Shown piece by piece: positions 37,671-39,606 of a stretch of DNA of 39,606 bases. This DNA is from a virus (Duplodnaviria; Caudoviricetes). The translations under genes and the position numbers were made by a program. The notes under the pieces are model-generated. The model was not told the origin of the DNA. It searched no databases and saw only the letters and a list, made by a program, of their open reading frames with translations. The DNA is taken from IMG/VR virus record IMGVR_UViG_3300048080_000084, positions 1 to 39,606 of that record. One strand, given 5' to 3'. Position 1 is the first letter of the stretch. Each line of letters starts with the position of its first letter.

Positions 37671-38380
37671 AGGTTGCAATACACCCAACCACCCTGGACG
37701 TGCGCGAGTTCAAGTCCGGCTTGGACCTCTTCAAGCTTGGCTATGTCGTCGTGTCAGGGGTGGAGGACATGCCGGAGCGCCTCACTGGTGAGACCATGAA
37801 CGCGCTTGTCGAGAAGTTCAGGTCTGGGAAGCGAGCAAACAAGCGCACCCGCCTCGCGACACTCACCAAGATATGGCCTGACATCGTGCTTCACGCGATG
37901 AATAACATCCGCCAAATCGACGCGGGTGAGGCGGTAATAGAGGAGCTGTGCACATTTCCAGAGTCAATGAAGACAGGTGAGATGCATGACGCGACTCAGG
38001 TAAAAATGCCTGACTCCAAGTACATGAGCGAGTACATGCCATCTCAATTAGTGCAACCTGTTATACGGAGGAGGGTAGGACGTGGGAACCACAAGCCGAG
38101 GCTCCCTGTCTTCGAGATAGCGGACATTGCAGAGATCCCCAAGCTCTGCCCACAGGCAAGCATCCTGGCCTTTGAGCTTCAAAAGTTGAGGCAGTCAGGC
38201 AAGCGTGAGATGACCATTGCCGAGGTGCCAGGGTGGTTGCGGCACATCAACCTTGCCACAGTCCAGCCTCCACTGCGCATTTTCCGCTACTACTTCTGGA
38301 AGTTAGTCGAGGTTGGGGTCATCAAGGCCGTGAACCTAGAACCAAAGTCTGAAGAGAAAGAAGCCCAAAATGTGTCGTAA
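37667..38380 (+). CDS. Two-domain protein with C-terminal putative winged-helix domain (paralog 2)
   Basis: KLCPQASIL...LATVQPPLRIFRYYFWKLVEVGVI. Confidence 0.65.
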   Translation: MKVAIHPTTLDVREFKSGLDLFKLGYVVVSGVEDMPERLTGETMNALVEKFRSGKRANKRTRLATLTKIWPDIVLHAMNNIRQIDAGEAVIEELCTFPESMKTGEMHDATQVKMPDSKYMSEYMPSQLVQPVIRRRVGRGNHKPRLPVFEIADIAEIPKLCPQASILAFELQKLRQSGKREMTIAEVPGWLRHINLATVQPPLRIFRYYFWKLVEVGVIKAVNLEPKSEEKEAQNVS

Positions 38381-38397
38381 GTTTATGTGTCGTGATA

Positions 38398-38435
38398 CTT
38401 GCGCTACTATTCGACATAACTTTTAGGTATATTAT
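38398..38435 (+). promoter_or_regulatory. Conserved promoter/operator motif, copy 2
   Basis: CTTGC-GCTACTA-TTCGACAT-AACTTTTAG-GTATATTAT, intergenic. Confidence 0.75.
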
Positions 38436-38495
38436 AGTCATTGGTGTCCATGTTGGGCACTGAAACGCACCGAAAGGTGCAGAAGGAAGGATCAA

Positions 38496-38897
38496 ATGGG
38501 AGCCAAACCGAACAAGGAAGCCCTCATGGATCAGCCGGCCGCTGCCGGTGCGTCTGTGGAAGGTGCCACCCCCGCCAAGGTCAAAGAACCGAAAGCCCCG
38601 AAGGTCAAGGCCAAAATCGGGTACAAGTTCTTACGGGACATCGACCCCGCGACGGACAAGTTCAATAACCAGCAGACCGTCCTCATGGACGCGATGTGTA
38701 GGCTGGCGGACAAGGATGGCGTGGTCTCGCGCGAGCAGCTGCTCACCGAGGTCACGATGGAGACCCTCAAATCGCGGCAGCCGGCGGAGCGGGTGTTCGG
38801 CTTCTACCTCAACGGGTGGAAGAAGGACGTGACCAAGGGCGAGGGCGACAAGGCACGGACCATCAAGGCGCTGTTGGCGCCGGTGCAGTTGGCGTAA
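38496..38897 (+). CDS. Putative DNA-binding protein with Pro/Lys/Ala-rich N-terminal tail (paralog 3)
   Basis: KFNNQQTVLM...LKSRQPAERVFGFY; very strong GC3 bias suggests high expression. Confidence 0.75.
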   Translation: MGAKPNKEALMDQPAAAGASVEGATPAKVKEPKAPKVKAKIGYKFLRDIDPATDKFNNQQTVLMDAMCRLADKDGVVSREQLLTEVTMETLKSRQPAERVFGFYLNGWKKDVTKGEGDKARTIKALLAPVQLA

Positions 38898-39224
38898 GCG
38901 AACTGAACCTCTCCCAGGCGGTACCGCCTGTGTTCACGCCGAGGGCATAGGAGAGCTCTGATCTCGGATGTGGTTGGTCTCTACACATTAATTGAGACTG
39001 TCTATGAGGTCTTTGGTAGGCATGACCTCTCTAATCTAAACTTCCTACTCGTCATTAGCTTAAGGCTATCGTGGACGTTAACTAACTTGAGAGCTGGATG
39101 TTTGAGTTGTACTGCTGAGAGGCAACAGCTTAGGAATGCTCTGAGCCTTTTTGTCTGGCTGCAAAGCTGGGGAAAAGAACAAGGGTAACTTTATTAAGGC
39201 AACAAACCAATAGAAAGGAACCCA

Positions 39225-39518
39225 ATGAAGACAGTGTCAAAGAAACAAGCAAATCGATTCTGGAAAGTTGGTAACAAGTACTTCATTCGCACGGTCACAA
39301 ACTATTATGTTGGTGAGCTTGCGCGTGAGGAAGAGGACCAAGTCATCCTGAAGAAAGCCGCATGGGTTGCAGACACAGGGCGCTTTGCTGACTTCCTCAA
39401 GACCGGTAACGCCAATGAGGTGGAGCCCTACCCTGACAATATCGAGGTTGCGGTGCCTAAGACAGGGGTGATTGACGCCAGTCAATGGTCACACACCCTG
39501 CCAATGAGTCAAAAATGA
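39225..39518 (+). CDS. Small beta-rich protein (possible Sm/SH3-like barrel)
   Basis: KYFIRTVTNYYVGEL...VILKKAAWVADTGRF...EVEPYP; GAAAGGA RBS. Confidence 0.75.
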   Translation: MKTVSKKQANRFWKVGNKYFIRTVTNYYVGELAREEEDQVILKKAAWVADTGRFADFLKTGNANEVEPYPDNIEVAVPKTGVIDASQWSHTLPMSQK

Positions 39519-39606
39519 TTCAAGTAATCAAGCGACTAGGGTATGAAAACTCGTGGTCGTGGTCGTGGTCGTGGTCGGGGTCGCGGTCGGGGTCGCGGTC
39601 GGGGTC
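39515..39606 (+). CDS. 5' part of the Ser-Trp/Ser-Gly/Ser-Arg repeat peptide (continues at position 1)
   Basis: ATGA overlap with the upstream stop; MIQVIKRLGYEN-SWSWSWSWSGSRSGSRSG..., repeat begins at 39551. Confidence 0.7.
   Translation, partial: MIQVIKRLGYENSWSWSWSWSGSRSGSRSG

Larger units (their letters stand above)
1..39606. mobile_element. Near-complete tailed bacteriophage genome (P22-like podovirus virion genes plus a PolA-based replication module), circularly permuted
   Basis: Terminase, portal, capsid, tail and replication genes fill the window in two opposed blocks. There are no host housekeeping genes, and the same repeat occurs at both ends. Confidence 0.95.

Noticed and set aside
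39551-39606. Terminal hexamer repeat as a CRISPR array, telomere or direct terminal repeat
   Set aside because: There are no spacers or cas genes. The units are 6 bp, in frame within an ORF, and the two ends are not exact copies; an assembly break in a coding repeat explains it better.
1-39606. Integrase, repressor, tRNA, or anti-CRISPR calls
   Set aside because: No recombinase motifs or tRNA cloverleaf were recognised. The small early ORFs could be anti-defence genes, but nothing in the sequence supports a specific call.

Overview
The window looks like an essentially complete ~39.6 kb tailed-phage genome. The contig breaks inside a TCG-NGG hexamer repeat found at both ends, and joining the ends restores one reading frame. 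The + strand (34.3 kb, wrapping round to 13.9 kb) carries small early genes, an amidase, a nucleotide-modification cluster and a replication module. The cluster comprises a SAM methyltransferase, a MazG-like pyrophosphatase, a dNMP kinase fused to a UDG-like domain, a thymidylate-synthase-fold enzyme with the dCMP-type Asp, and a dCMP deaminase. The replication module has PolA (Leu762 type), a nuclease, an SSB-like protein, a primase, and SF1 and SF2 helicases. The - strand (33.6 to 13.9 kb) is a P22-like podovirus virion operon. The best leads are: (i) a possible new cytosine-modification pathway with a methyltransferase where a glycosyltransferase would be expected; (ii) a Ser-Arg/Ser-Trp repeat peptide coupled to a small beta-rich protein; (iii) two tail-fibre-like proteins with classical signal peptides; (iv) a three-copy, fixed-spacing promoter motif together with three paralogous putative DNA-binding proteins; (v) an AT-rich control region with strong local GpC depletion. 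I saw no integrase, tRNA or CRISPR array. All family calls come from motifs read by eye, with no database searches.
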